Of a DNA stretch of 64,000 nt, positions 50,134 to 60,444 are shown in pieces. Below the pieces are notes generated by a model. It was not told the DNA's origin and did not search any database. It worked only from the letters and a program-made list of their open reading frames with translations. The first letter of the stretch is position 1, and the number at the start of each line of letters is the position of its first letter. The position numbers and the translations under genes were made by a program. Source of the stretch: Armatimonadota bacterium. GTDB taxonomy: Bacteria; Armatimonadota; HRBIN16. The stretch lies in contig OW818647.1 in NCBI GenBank assembly GCA_942492855.1, positions 1,017,864 to 1,081,863 of the forward strand, read 5' to 3'.

Positions 50134-50520
50134 GGCTGCAGCTTCGTCTGGCGTTGTCCGGGGTGGTTTGCCCATGTCCGGGGCGGTTTTCTCCTAACCG
50201 CGCCGGTCTTGATCCCGACTACAATCTTCATGGCTAACCGCCAGAGCGGCGAAATAACCAACGTCCGGGGCGGTTTCTTCCCAACCGCGCCGGTGTGGCA
50301 TTGAATTCGTAGGGATGACCCTTGTGGTCATCCGCAAACCCAAGTGGTTACCGGCCTGTTACCCCGTCCTGCGGCCATTTTCTAACGGCGATTGATCACG
50401 GCGGATGGGCACATGGCCCATCCCTACGAATACCCCCCAATAGATAACCGCGCCGGTCATGACACCCAATCCCCTCCGCGTCCTCCGCGTCTCCGCGTGA
50501 CACATCCCGGCGTTCCCAAA
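50130..50520. repeat. REP mosaic cluster
   Basis: TGTCCGGGGCGGTTT.C...AACCGCGCCGGT repeated at about 50165 and 50262; also matches 60568-60600 in reverse. Confidence 0.75.
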
Positions 50521-50530
50521 GGCCATCCGC

Positions 50531-50565
50531 AAAAAAAGCAGGGTGGAGTTTGTCCACCCGGCTTC
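50531..50565 (-). terminator. Rho-independent terminator of the 3D-domain gene
   Basis: Minus strand GGGTGGA-CAAAC-TCCACCC-TGC-TTTTTTT. Confidence 0.8.
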
Positions 50566-50592
50566 GCGTATGCCGCAAATGCGTATCATACT

Positions 50593-51354
50593 CTATCTAA
50601 GAACGTGTACCTTCACCGTTCGTCGTCCGGTACGCATGGCTTGACTGTAGGTGTCATGCCCAAGGTCGATCCGGTTGCCCTTGATGGCTCCTCCGGTATC
50701 GGCCGCTATTGCATATCCGTAGCCCTCGATATAGAGCTTTGTTCCTAAAGGTATCACTCTGGGATCAACGGCAACTACGCCGACACCGGCGTGAATTCCC
50801 GTGGCTGTGCGTCCAGATCGGCTGCCTCCACAATGGTATGGGGCATACCCGGTGGCTTTCATGTTCAGTACCTTGCGGGCACCGTATCCACTGCGCGACA
50901 GAGGTGTATTGCTCTGCCTTAGTGCTTTTACTCGAACGAAGTTCGCTCGAACAGAAGCTTTACCGCTCTTTTGGCTTGAGGCCTTAAGAGCAGGTTTCGG
51001 CACAGGAGCTTTCGATACTTGAAGCTGCGCGGGCTTCGGTTGCTCTGTGCTGTGTACTGTATCCGTATTCTGCTGACTATCAGTCAGAGTATCGGTCTGA
51101 GTTGTCACCTTTACCTCGGTATTATAAACGAGGGGTGTGTTTAGGTCAGGTATGATAAGCGTATGCTCATCAAACTTAACTTGTGCCTCTCGCAGAAAAT
51201 CTGCGACTGTTGAGGCCTGTGTTGTCAACGTACGCACCGTGCCACCCTCAACCAACCGTATTTCACGGGTGGCATCGGCGGTCACATACGCGCAGACAGT
51301 GAATGTAATCGCCACTGCGGCTAACGCCACTGCGACTGCTTTCGCTTTTTGCAC
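50593..51354 (-). CDS. 3D-domain cell-wall lytic protein with DUF348 ubiquitin-like domain (YabE/Sps-like)
   Basis: TVADFLREAQV DUF348 pattern; C-terminal ATGY...TATG...VAVDPRVIPLGTKLYIEGYG.AIAADTGGAIKGNRIDL; AAGGAGG RBS and GTG at 51354. Confidence 0.92.
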   Translation of the reverse strand: MQKAKAVAVALAAVAITFTVCAYVTADATREIRLVEGGTVRTLTTQASTVADFLREAQVKFDEHTLIIPDLNTPLVYNTEVKVTTQTDTLTDSQQNTDTVHSTEQPKPAQLQVSKAPVPKPALKASSQKSGKASVRANFVRVKALRQSNTPLSRSGYGARKVLNMKATGYAPYHCGGSRSGRTATGIHAGVGVVAVDPRVIPLGTKLYIEGYGYAIAADTGGAIKGNRIDLGHDTYSQAMRTGRRTVKVHVLR

Positions 51355-51435
51355 GCTGTCCTCCTTTTCGGCACCTTGGTGGCTCTGTAAACCAACCAAG
51401 GATTTGTCGGTGCCGATTCGAACGCAAGCGAGATG

Positions 51436-51465
51436 ATGCTACCATATGATTTTCGGGTGAGTCAA
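51436..51465 (-). promoter_or_regulatory. Sigma70-like promoter of the 3D gene
   Basis: TTGACT-N18-TAGCAT with TG extension. Confidence 0.6.
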
Positions 51466-52089
51466 TACTGGTAATTGAAGTTGTGCTGAGGCAAAAAAAT
51501 ATTATGTGTCAATTTACATATTATTAGAGATCTTTTGTCATATATTATTATTCACTGTGTAATTATATATAAATATTGTTATGAATGACTTCTTCTTGCA
51601 TGTCGCGTGTTCAGCACAAAACAGCCCTTTATAGCAAAAATACCTTAGATTTGATGAGATACCTTACCTCCACCATGGCAATTCGCATTACAGCTCTGCG
51701 GTATACACTAAACCCTGAGTATGGTGCCCGCTAGTAATACTAGTGCCAGCGGGCACCATAATAAGTGGCAGTTTTTACTGGTTCAGCACTGCCATATAGA
51801 CAACTAAATAAGCAGATCACCAGACCGTACACGGAATCTGTATGATGAAACGCACCTAGATGGCCGATGATATAAAAATAAGAGCCATATATGCCGAAAT
51901 CGCCTGTAAACAGTAGATTTTACTGTTCAGCACAGATCATAATAAAGACAGATCGAATGAAATAGGAGGTAACTGCCCTATGGACTGTTCTCGAGGTACT
52001 CTTTCGGCCTAGGGTTTTAACCCATGTGGTCATAAACGGCGCATTCGCCGTTTAGAGCAAGTGAGCCATGAACTTTAGGCCCACTTTAC

Positions 52090-52600
52090 GGATACCATCG
52101 ATAAGGGCTTGCTGTAGTTTGGCAAGCCCTCTTTTTATGCATGGTTGCGGGGCGGGCATCGGACGGATGGGACGGATAGGACCGATCACGATTGGTCTGG
52201 GCTTCCGCCATGAGGGCGATTCGCGAATCGCCCCTACACACGGAACCTCCGCGCCGGTTTTCCAGAAGCAACGCGGTGTGGTTCCGTCCCCCTGGGAACG
52301 CCAATCGCCTGATTGGCATCTCCCTTCCCATCCGTTCCTATCCGCGTCATCCGTGTAATCCGTGGTTCAGACAATCCGGGCAAACACGGGAGCTGTGTGG
52401 CGTTCGCTAGAAGGGCGGTTCGCGAACCGCCCCTACACGGCCCGCGTTCCGGCGCCGGCCGGAGCGAAGCGACGCCGGCCGCTATTGATCAGCCGTGCGG
52501 TGCAGGAACCCGCACTGGACGCAGTTCCCGGAGCGTACGCTCCCGGAATGTAGTCGTGTGGGTGACTAAATCCGCGGCACAGCGGCTGATCACCAGCGAT
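52090..52600. repeat. REP mosaic cluster
   Basis: REP palindromes at 52213 and 52411, ATCCGTGTAATCCGTGGTTCAGAC module, GCCGGC..CGAAGCGAC..GCCGGC module. Confidence 0.8.
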
Positions 52601-52863
52601 CTGCACCTTGGCGTTGGGTGCCTACAATCAGTGGCTGTTGCCGAATCGGCTTCACATGAACCTGTTTGTGCCGATCATGTTGTTCGCGTGAACATCACAC
52701 CCTCATTTTATGTCTATAATATAGGTATACTCCCGCATCATGTTAAGATGAATGCGGTGTCTTTTTTCCTAAATAGGAAAGAAGGATTCTGTATTAGGTG
52801 CGTGGAAACTGAAAGCTGTGCCATAATATAGTAGTTATCCGATTTGCTGGAGATCTCGAAACT

Positions 52864-53577
52864 ATGCGAATCCTAAGTGTTTCAAAAAGGCTGGCCGCTG
52901 CGGTGGTCGTGCCTCTTATCGCAACCGCTGTGTATGCAGCCAACATCGTACCCGAAGCTCAGTTGCTCGGAACGAAGTTGATGACCCCCATTCGTAACGT
53001 GATCCTGCGACTCGGTCCGCCGAATTTCATTGGGTCCGCACCGTGTGCATCCGATGATATATATGGCGTATTAAAACAAGTGCTGGAGCAACAGGGTGCT
53101 TCTGGAACAGGCGCTGCAGGCGCATCTACCATGGGCGGTGCTACCACCATGCCCATGATGATGGGTTCTATGCCGATGTCGCCTACCACCAGTCCGTCTG
53201 CCGCAATGGCTACCGGCATGTTGGGTTCTCAGGTTGGGCCATCTCTGGGTGGAGCAATGGGTGGAGCCATGGGAGCTTCTTCAAGCTCTACGAAGGTCGA
53301 CAACATGGTTGAGTACAATCAGGCGACCTTCTATTTCAATGCCGACGACATCGTTGTGCGTATCGCCTCTGTAAGGAACACTGGGAAATACCCGGCGGCC
53401 AAGACCGTACGGGGTGTAAAGCAAGGCGACATGTTCTCTAAAGTCATCAAAACATACGGTTGGCCTAAGCGCTTTGCAGCGGAAGGCCAGTATTTCCTTT
53501 TGGATTATCCGGATTATGGTGTACGGTTCGGCTTCAAGGTGAATAAAGTCATCTATATCGAGTCGGTTATACTGTAG
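52864..53577 (+). CDS. Secreted protein with Met/Gly-rich insert and duplicated small alpha/beta domain
   Basis: Signal peptide; LLGTKL...LRLGPP and GVKQGD...KTYGWP repeats; MPMMMGSMPM region. Confidence 0.75.
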   Translation: MRILSVSKRLAAAVVVPLIATAVYAANIVPEAQLLGTKLMTPIRNVILRLGPPNFIGSAPCASDDIYGVLKQVLEQQGASGTGAAGASTMGGATTMPMMMGSMPMSPTTSPSAAMATGMLGSQVGPSLGGAMGGAMGASSSSTKVDNMVEYNQATFYFNADDIVVRIASVRNTGKYPAAKTVRGVKQGDMFSKVIKTYGWPKRFAAEGQYFLLDYPDYGVRFGFKVNKVIYIESVIL

Positions 53578-53604
53578 CATCATTCCCAAGGAGAGTAGTC
53601 GCAC

Positions 53605-54654
53605 ATGAGTAAGTATCTTATGACCACGATGGCCGTAATGGCACTGGCAGCAGTACAAATGGCTGCCATGGCAGTAGAAACCGGTCTGGCCGGAGTCAAG
53701 CTGGGTATCACTACTTCGCAGCAACTGGTATCAAGGTTGGGTAACCCCACCATGGTACAGGTAAATGACGGTCGGACAGGAACGGGCACCGCTGGCGCGG
53801 CTGCTGGAATGCCCAGTATGCCCGGTATGGGTGGGTCGTCCACGGCTCTACTCGGTGGCATGCAAAGCGCAGTTCAAGGGTACGCTGGCGCGTTGAACTC
53901 CGCTATGGGTGGTGGTGCACCTACCATGCCTGGTATGACAATGGGTGGCATGACAGGTATGCCCGGTATGGGCGGAATGCCCGGTATGGGCGGCTCATCA
54001 ATGCCCGGAATGGGTGGAACACAGCAGCGGGGCATGGCCGATATGCAGCAGCCAGGGGCCGAATTGCTGATGATCTACGAAACCAGCGGTCATAAAATGC
54101 GCTACGAATTCCTATTCAACCGGCTAGGCAAGCTGAAACAGATTAGTGTATACGGCTACAAAGACCTGCGAGGGTTGAAGAACAAAGCCGCCAGTAAGAC
54201 CAGCTTGGGCATCGGTCTTGGTGATCAGCTTAAGAAAGTCATCACGAAATACGGCATGCCGAACTTCGGCGAATACCGCAAGAACGCTAATCAAGTACAG
54301 AAGACCATCACATTCGTATACTTGGACAAACACCTGGCCCTGCAGTTTGTGAAGAACTCTGTAGCTGCGATCGTAGTATGTCTTGATAAACCTACGAAAT
54401 ACTCATTTGAATCTCCTGGGTATACCACTGGCCAAACCGCAGTGGCTCAAGGTGGCATGAATTCCACCATGCCTGGAATGGGTACGATGGGCGGTATGCC
54501 AGGAATGGGTGGAATGACCGGCGGGTCCTCAATGCCTGGTATGATGATGCCAATGTCGCCAAGCGGCAGCGGTGGTTCTTCATCTCCTATGATGCCGCCT
54601 GGCATGGGTATGGGTGGTATGTCAATGCCTCCAATGCCAAACATGGGCCGCTAA
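53605..54654 (+). CDS. Secreted protein with two Met/Gly/Pro-rich tracts, paralogue-like to 52864
   Basis: Signal peptide; LAGVKLG...RLGNP and GIGLGD...TKYGMP repeats; GMPGMGGM repeats. Confidence 0.8.
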   Translation: MSKYLMTTMAVMALAAVQMAAMAVETGLAGVKLGITTSQQLVSRLGNPTMVQVNDGRTGTGTAGAAAGMPSMPGMGGSSTALLGGMQSAVQGYAGALNSAMGGGAPTMPGMTMGGMTGMPGMGGMPGMGGSSMPGMGGTQQRGMADMQQPGAELLMIYETSGHKMRYEFLFNRLGKLKQISVYGYKDLRGLKNKAASKTSLGIGLGDQLKKVITKYGMPNFGEYRKNANQVQKTITFVYLDKHLALQFVKNSVAAIVVCLDKPTKYSFESPGYTTGQTAVAQGGMNSTMPGMGTMGGMPGMGGMTGGSSMPGMMMPMSPSGSGGSSSPMMPPGMGMGGMSMPPMPNMGR

Positions 54655-54674
54655 CTGGAGCATGAAGGTGATGC

Positions 54675-56486
54675 TTGGCAAGCCGAGTAACTAGTGACAT
54701 TGAAGACATCCGAGCCGCCAACGACATTGTCAGGGTGGTATCTGGATATCTAACCCTTAAGAAATCGGGCAGAACCCTTAGCGGGCTCTGCCCCTTCCAT
54801 CATGAGAAGACCCCCTCCTTTTACGTCTACCCCGATACTCAACGCTTCTCATGCTATGGATGCGGGTTGTACGGTGATGTTTTTGCGTTTATCATGCGCG
54901 CTGAGAACCTCAACTTTCCCGAAGCGGTGAACCTTCTGGCAGAGCGTGAGGGTATGGAATACCGCACCGCAGGTTACAACAGCAACGCCCCCAGTAGAGA
55001 CCATCGGGAAACCCTGCTCGTGGCCAATGAAATGGCCCTTCAATACTATCAAGAGATGCTGCCTCAGCATCAAGTGGCCCAGGAGCTTATCCAACAACGC
55101 GGACTGACCCAGGAGACCGTCACAAAGTTTTGCATCGGGTACGCCCCTGAGGGCTACCGTGGGTTGATGAACCGGCTGGAACAGCGGAATGTGACCAAAG
55201 AGGCGGCTCTTGAAGCCGGTTTACTGACCCAAAATGAAAAGGGTGATATCTACGACCGCTTCCGCAACAGGCTGATGTTCCCCATTTGGGACGCTCAGGG
55301 GCGTGTGGTCGGATTCGGTGGACGGGCCATGGAGGCCGATGCGAAACCAAAATACCTGAACACTTCCGAGACACCTGTCTTCCGGAAAAGCCGCATCATC
55401 TATGCGCTTCACCTCGCCAAGACCAGGATACAGTCCGAAAAGACGGTTCTGCTGCTGGAGGGCTACATGGATGTCGCGGCGGCGCACCAGGCGGGGTTCA
55501 CCAATGCCATCGCCACAATGGGCACCGCCATCACGCCAGAGCATGTGGGTATTCTGAAGCGGTTCACTCAACATGTCACAGTTGTCTACGATGGCGATAC
55601 CCCAGGCCAAAACGCCTCCAGCAAAGCCGCCGCAGAGCTGCTGTCGCAAGGCCTCCAGGCATCCATCGTCTGCCTGCCAGATAACCATGATCCTGACAGT
55701 TATGTGAAGCAGTACGGTGCGAAGGCCTTTTCCGAGCAGTTGCAATCAGCCGTCCAGGTGATTGAGTTTGAGTTGAACCGCATCGCAACGCAACACGACA
55801 TGTCGCGGCCGGAGGAACGGGTGCAGGGTCTGCATAAAATGATCGAAGTGCTGGCCAACATCCCCGATTCGCTGCAGCGCGAACAGTATATCATGCAGGT
55901 TCTGCGTTATCATCCGGCGGGGTTCACAGACGCCAGCGGAGCGGCGGCCCAACTGCGGCGGGAAATCGCTCTGGCCCAGCGCCAGCGTCACGATCAGGCG
56001 AAACGACGGGATCTATACCATCCTGAGCCCGAGCAAGGTGAACAGCCGCAGCGTCCGGCTCCTATCGTCGAACCACTGCCTAGGTCGGGAATCCTCGCGG
56101 AGGCGGTATTATTAAAGGGTATATGCAGTATCGAGTGGTGCCGTTACACCATAGATGCACTCGGCAGCACCTCACTGGCAACAGAAGGCGCACAGGTGTT
56201 TTTTGCTCTGGCCGTATTGCAGATATCGCAGGGTGAAGACGCCAACCCTGTGCAGATACTGGCACAAATGACCAATGAGTGCGACCGAGAGCTTGTATCG
56301 CGGCGGTTGGGCGAAAATGAGCCTGTCAACAAGGGTTCTATTGACGGAGCGGTCAACTGGCTGAAAAAGCAGATGGTGGAACAGCGGAAACGGCAGTTAC
56401 AGGAGTTGCTTCAGAAAGGTGCTGAGGGCGACACCGATGCGCTGGCCGAGTATCAACAGTTGATGCAGCAAAAACATCACAACTGA
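54675..56486 (+). CDS. dnaG: DNA primase
   Basis: CPFHHEKTPSF...CYGC zinc finger, FRNRLMFPI, KYLNTSET, EGYMD and YDGD.PG TOPRIM motifs. Confidence 0.98.
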   Translation: MASRVTSDIEDIRAANDIVRVVSGYLTLKKSGRTLSGLCPFHHEKTPSFYVYPDTQRFSCYGCGLYGDVFAFIMRAENLNFPEAVNLLAEREGMEYRTAGYNSNAPSRDHRETLLVANEMALQYYQEMLPQHQVAQELIQQRGLTQETVTKFCIGYAPEGYRGLMNRLEQRNVTKEAALEAGLLTQNEKGDIYDRFRNRLMFPIWDAQGRVVGFGGRAMEADAKPKYLNTSETPVFRKSRIIYALHLAKTRIQSEKTVLLLEGYMDVAAAHQAGFTNAIATMGTAITPEHVGILKRFTQHVTVVYDGDTPGQNASSKAAAELLSQGLQASIVCLPDNHDPDSYVKQYGAKAFSEQLQSAVQVIEFELNRIATQHDMSRPEERVQGLHKMIEVLANIPDSLQREQYIMQVLRYHPAGFTDASGAAAQLRREIALAQRQRHDQAKRRDLYHPEPEQGEQPQRPAPIVEPLPRSGILAEAVLLKGICSIEWCRYTIDALGSTSLATEGAQVFFALAVLQISQGEDANPVQILAQMTNECDRELVSRRLGENEPVNKGSIDGAVNWLKKQMVEQRKRQLQELLQKGAEGDTDALAEYQQLMQQKHHN

Positions 56487-56503
56487 GCCGATTGGAGTAG
56501 CAG

Positions 56504-57394
56504 ATGCACGACGATAGCGTTGCTGAAGAGATTAAAACTGAGCACTTTACATCGGAGCAGGCCGAAGCTGAGCTATGTGCATTAGGCAGCCTGCCTGTTT
56601 CAGATGCGGTCTCACTTTGGCTGCAGCGCATCCGAAGATACCCGCTCCTCAGTGCCGAACAGGAGCTGCAGCTTAGTCTGCTGGCCAAACAAGGTGATCA
56701 AGAGGCGCGGTGCCTGCTTGTGAACAGCAACTTGCGCCTGGTGGTCAGTATCGCCCGAAGATACCTCTCCAAGGGGCTCAGCTTCAGCGACTTGATGCAG
56801 GAGGGCAATGTAGGCCTTCTCTACGCCATCACCAAATTCGAGCCATCACGGGGTTTCCGGTTTTGCACATATGCCGGCCACTGGATACGCCATGCTGTCA
56901 CACGTGCCATCGCCCAGCAAGCCCGCAGCATACGCCTTCCGGTCTATCTTGTGGAAGAGATCAACAGTGTGCAGAAATGCTCCTCCATCCTCAGTGCCCA
57001 ACTGGGGCGCCAAGCCACTAGTGAAGAGCTGGCCAACGAGATGCACATGGGCGTGACCGAGTTGAATGAGATGTTATGCTTGAGCGAGGAACCCCTTAGC
57101 CTGGAAAGACCATTCGGAAATGAACGCCCCTTATCTGAGACATTGATAGATAACAACCTGGCACTGCCCGCCAGCGTGTTTGAACAAAGTGAACTGCTTG
57201 AAGAACTGGCCCACGCCATCGATAGTCTGTCTGACCGCGACCGGCTAATTGTGGTCAAGCGTTACGGACTTGATGGCTACAGGCCGCATACCCTGGCTGA
57301 GGTAGCCTCCGAACTGGGTATCAGCCGGCAGCGGGTGAAGCAGCTTGAGCAAGCTGCTCTGGACAAGATTCGACTCGCTACCGAAGGCGAGTAG
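56504..57394 (+). CDS. RpoD/RpoS-family sigma-70 factor (no region 1.1, divergent)
   Basis: NLRLVVSIARRY, DLMQEGNVGL..AITKFEPSRGFRFCTYA, region 3 and region 4.2 HTH. Confidence 0.9.
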   Translation: MHDDSVAEEIKTEHFTSEQAEAELCALGSLPVSDAVSLWLQRIRRYPLLSAEQELQLSLLAKQGDQEARCLLVNSNLRLVVSIARRYLSKGLSFSDLMQEGNVGLLYAITKFEPSRGFRFCTYAGHWIRHAVTRAIAQQARSIRLPVYLVEEINSVQKCSSILSAQLGRQATSEELANEMHMGVTELNEMLCLSEEPLSLERPFGNERPLSETLIDNNLALPASVFEQSELLEELAHAIDSLSDRDRLIVVKRYGLDGYRPHTLAEVASELGISRQRVKQLEQAALDKIRLATEGE

Positions 57395-57647
57395 TCGGCG
57401 TGTGGTCAGCCAACCACTGGCAAGTGAGTAGTTCCAGGCTTACGACCATACTGACAGCCATTATGGTCATGCCGTTACCCATCATTCCCCGTGACCTTCG
57501 GGAGCATATCGCCACAAGCAACGCCTAAGCAGCATACCCATCAGCAGGAATCGGGCTGAGCTACGGCCAACATTAAGTCGATGTAACTACTCAGCCATAA
57601 GTAGTGATCGTGGATCAGTCCGCGACCGGTGATGCTGCATAGCTTCC

Positions 57648-57876
57648 GGTACCCACGAAGTGGGTGTGATTCTTATAGCCACGGGTAAGCGTTAGCGCAA
57701 CCCGTGGTAGGCAACGTAAAACCGACTACCCCGAAGTGGGTCATCTTCGGTGACTTGATTTAACGGCGACCGCGAATAGGTGCAACCCACTTCGGGGTAG
57801 GAATGGTGCGCCGCTTTCAAGGGGTATCGCGTTGCTCACCCCTGGTTATAAGAATCTTACCCACTTCGTGGGTGCC
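57648..57876 (-). mobile_element. 229-bp MITE/REP-derived element, copy 2
   Basis: Reverse-orientation near-identical copy of 39830-40058. Confidence 0.85.
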
Positions 57877-57996
57877 CGCAGGGATACATGCAGGCTTTAC
57901 GCATATGCTGAATAGATACTTGGCAGTACAATCTGATGGCTGAGTCATTACGAGTAGATATCATCTTCATCGACTCATCATTTTCAGGAGTTATAT

Positions 57997-60444
57997 ATGA
58001 AACAGTCCCTAAATGGTGCCTGGCAGCTTGCAGGCGACCGGTTATCGGCACCGGTGAATGCAGTGGTTCCGGGCGGTGTCCATGTCGACCTGATGGCGGC
58101 GGGTATCATACCCGACAGCTTCGTGGGCGACAATGAGTACCGCGTAGCGTGGGTGCATGAAACCGACTGGTGCTACAGCCGCAGATTTAGTCTATTGCCT
58201 AATGCCGGTTTGAGTGATCAGGCCTGGCTGGTATTCGACGGGCTAGACACTTTCGCTGCGATCAGTTTGAACGGTGAACTGCTGGCCGAAACCAACAATA
58301 TGCACGTGCAGTATCGGGTGCCCGTGACGGGTAAACTGAAAGCCACGGACAATCTCCTAGAGGTTGTCTTTACGTCGCCTGTGAAGGCGGTGGCTGAGGA
58401 CATGGCTCGCGACCCGCTAGACGCACCCGGCCCCGATATGTGCATACAGGGCATGATCTACGCTCGTAAGGCGATGTGCCACTGGGGCTGGGACTGGGGC
58501 CCAAAGAATCCGACAAGCGGCATTTGGCGCGATGTCTACCTTGAGAGCACACCGGTGGCGCGTATCGCGGAGATGACTCTCGACCAAAAACACAGCGATG
58601 GCAAGGTGTCGTTGAGCTGCCGCGCGTCCGTCGAGCGTTTATCTCAGGAGCCTGTGAAACTGCTTCTGGTCTGCACTCACCCCGATGGTTCGGAGCAGAC
58701 ATACGAGACCAGCGTGACGGGTACCGAGTGGCTGGCTGAGTTTGAAGTGAACGAACCTCAGCTATGGTGGCCCAACGGGTATGGCGAACAGCCGTTATAT
58801 CAAATATCTGTGGTGCTGATGCATGATGGTCATGTGATTGACGGTGTGAATAAGCAGATCGGGCTGCGTACCCTGGAGCTGGACCGCACGCCAGACGAGT
58901 GGGGCGCGCGCTTCATGGTGCTGGTGAACGGCCGGCCGATTTGGGGTAAAGGCGGCGACTGGATACCTAGCGACCAATACCCCACGCGCGTCACACGCAA
59001 GCACCTCGACAACCTTCTGTGGAGTGCCAAAGAGGCGAACTTCAACATGCTGCGCTGCTGGGGCGGTGCCTACTATGAGGATGAGGCGTTCTACGACCTG
59101 TGCGACGAATACGGTCTGCTGGTTTGGCAGGACTTTATGTTCGCATGTGGGCAATATCCCACCGATGCGGCTTTCCTGGCTAATGTGAAGAACGAGGCGG
59201 AGCAAGTTGTCAACCGCCTGCGCCATCGCGCTTGTCTGGCGTTATGGTGTGGGAACAACGAGCAGGAGTGGATGCTGTGGCAAGGCTTCGGCGGCAAACG
59301 CTGTGCTGAGTTCAAGCTGGAGTATCCGAAAATCTACCACGACGTGCTGCCCGAGGTTTGCGAGCGTCTCGACCCCGAGCGACCCTACTGGCCCGCCTCT
59401 CCGCACAGCGACGGTGAGCTTTATGAAGACCCCAACGGCGAGGCATCTGGTGATGCCCACTACTGGGAGGTGTGGCACGGTAAGAAGCCGTTCTCGGATT
59501 ACCGCAACCACTACTTCCGGTTCATGAGCGAGTTCGGATTTGAGTCCTTCCCGGATATCGAGACCGTGCGCAGCTTCGCCAAGCCAGAAGAAGAGAACCC
59601 GCTGAGCTATGTGATGGAATGCCATCAGAAGAATTCGGCCGGCAACGGTCTGATCCTGCACTATCTGGCGCAGACCTTTCAGTATCCCTACCGGTTCGAT
59701 GACCTTTGTTATGTGAGCCAGTTACTGCAGGCCGAAGCGATGCGTTACGGCGTGGAGCACTGGCGGCGCAACCGTAACGGCTATAGATGTATGGGGGCGA
59801 CTTATTGGCAGTTCAATGACATCTGGCCCGTGGCAAGTTGGGCCAGCGTGGACTACTACGGTCGGTGGAAGGCACTTCAATATATCGCCAAGAGGTTCTT
59901 CCAGCCGGTGGCCTTAAGCATCTGCGAACAGGGCACCACTGCAAGCATCCACGTGACCAATGACACCAGCAGTGAAATCATCGGCAAGCTGCGCTGGTGG
60001 CTGGAAAACACAGATGGCCAGCCTGTCGCTTGTGGCGCGCAGGATGTCATCGCGGCGCCTGAGTGCAACACCGAGTTGGTGGGGCGTGACTTCGCCGCTG
60101 AGTTGAAGGGTGACGCGCGCCGCAGCGTGATGCTGTTCGCGGAGCTGCTGGTAGATGAGCAGTTGGTCAGTCGTGCTGCGGTGGCGTTCGTGCCCTGCAA
60201 GCATCTGGAGTTGCGCGACCCTGGCTTGAGTGTGCGCATCGAGGGTGAGCAGCTAGTGGTCACCGCTCAACGAACAGCACGGTTCGTTTGGCTTCGGATA
60301 CCCGGTATAAACATGGTGTTCGATGACAACTACTTCGACATCTCGGCTGGCGAGCAGCGGGTGATCAGTGTTCTACGCGCCGATGGGGAGTATGATCTGG
60401 GGCAGGTTGAGGTTCGATCCCTGTGGGCCAGCTACCAGCCGTAA
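57997..60444 (+). CDS. GH2 beta-mannosidase-like glycoside hydrolase
   Basis: WGWDWGP, LWWPNGYGEQPLY, KGGDWIP, RCWGG, WQDFMFAC, WCGNNE, GDAHYW, FMSEFGF and YWQFND motifs. Confidence 0.93.
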   Translation: MKQSLNGAWQLAGDRLSAPVNAVVPGGVHVDLMAAGIIPDSFVGDNEYRVAWVHETDWCYSRRFSLLPNAGLSDQAWLVFDGLDTFAAISLNGELLAETNNMHVQYRVPVTGKLKATDNLLEVVFTSPVKAVAEDMARDPLDAPGPDMCIQGMIYARKAMCHWGWDWGPKNPTSGIWRDVYLESTPVARIAEMTLDQKHSDGKVSLSCRASVERLSQEPVKLLLVCTHPDGSEQTYETSVTGTEWLAEFEVNEPQLWWPNGYGEQPLYQISVVLMHDGHVIDGVNKQIGLRTLELDRTPDEWGARFMVLVNGRPIWGKGGDWIPSDQYPTRVTRKHLDNLLWSAKEANFNMLRCWGGAYYEDEAFYDLCDEYGLLVWQDFMFACGQYPTDAAFLANVKNEAEQVVNRLRHRACLALWCGNNEQEWMLWQGFGGKRCAEFKLEYPKIYHDVLPEVCERLDPERPYWPASPHSDGELYEDPNGEASGDAHYWEVWHGKKPFSDYRNHYFRFMSEFGFESFPDIETVRSFAKPEEENPLSYVMECHQKNSAGNGLILHYLAQTFQYPYRFDDLCYVSQLLQAEAMRYGVEHWRRNRNGYRCMGATYWQFNDIWPVASWASVDYYGRWKALQYIAKRFFQPVALSICEQGTTASIHVTNDTSSEIIGKLRWWLENTDGQPVACGAQDVIAAPECNTELVGRDFAAELKGDARRSVMLFAELLVDEQLVSRAAVAFVPCKHLELRDPGLSVRIEGEQLVVTAQRTARFVWLRIPGINMVFDDNYFDISAGEQRVISVLRADGEYDLGQVEVRSLWASYQP

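Noticed and set aside
51480-52060. Chromosomal oriC or dif site in the AT-rich gap
   Set aside because: No clustered TTATCCACA DnaA boxes or convincing XerC/D 28-mer were seen
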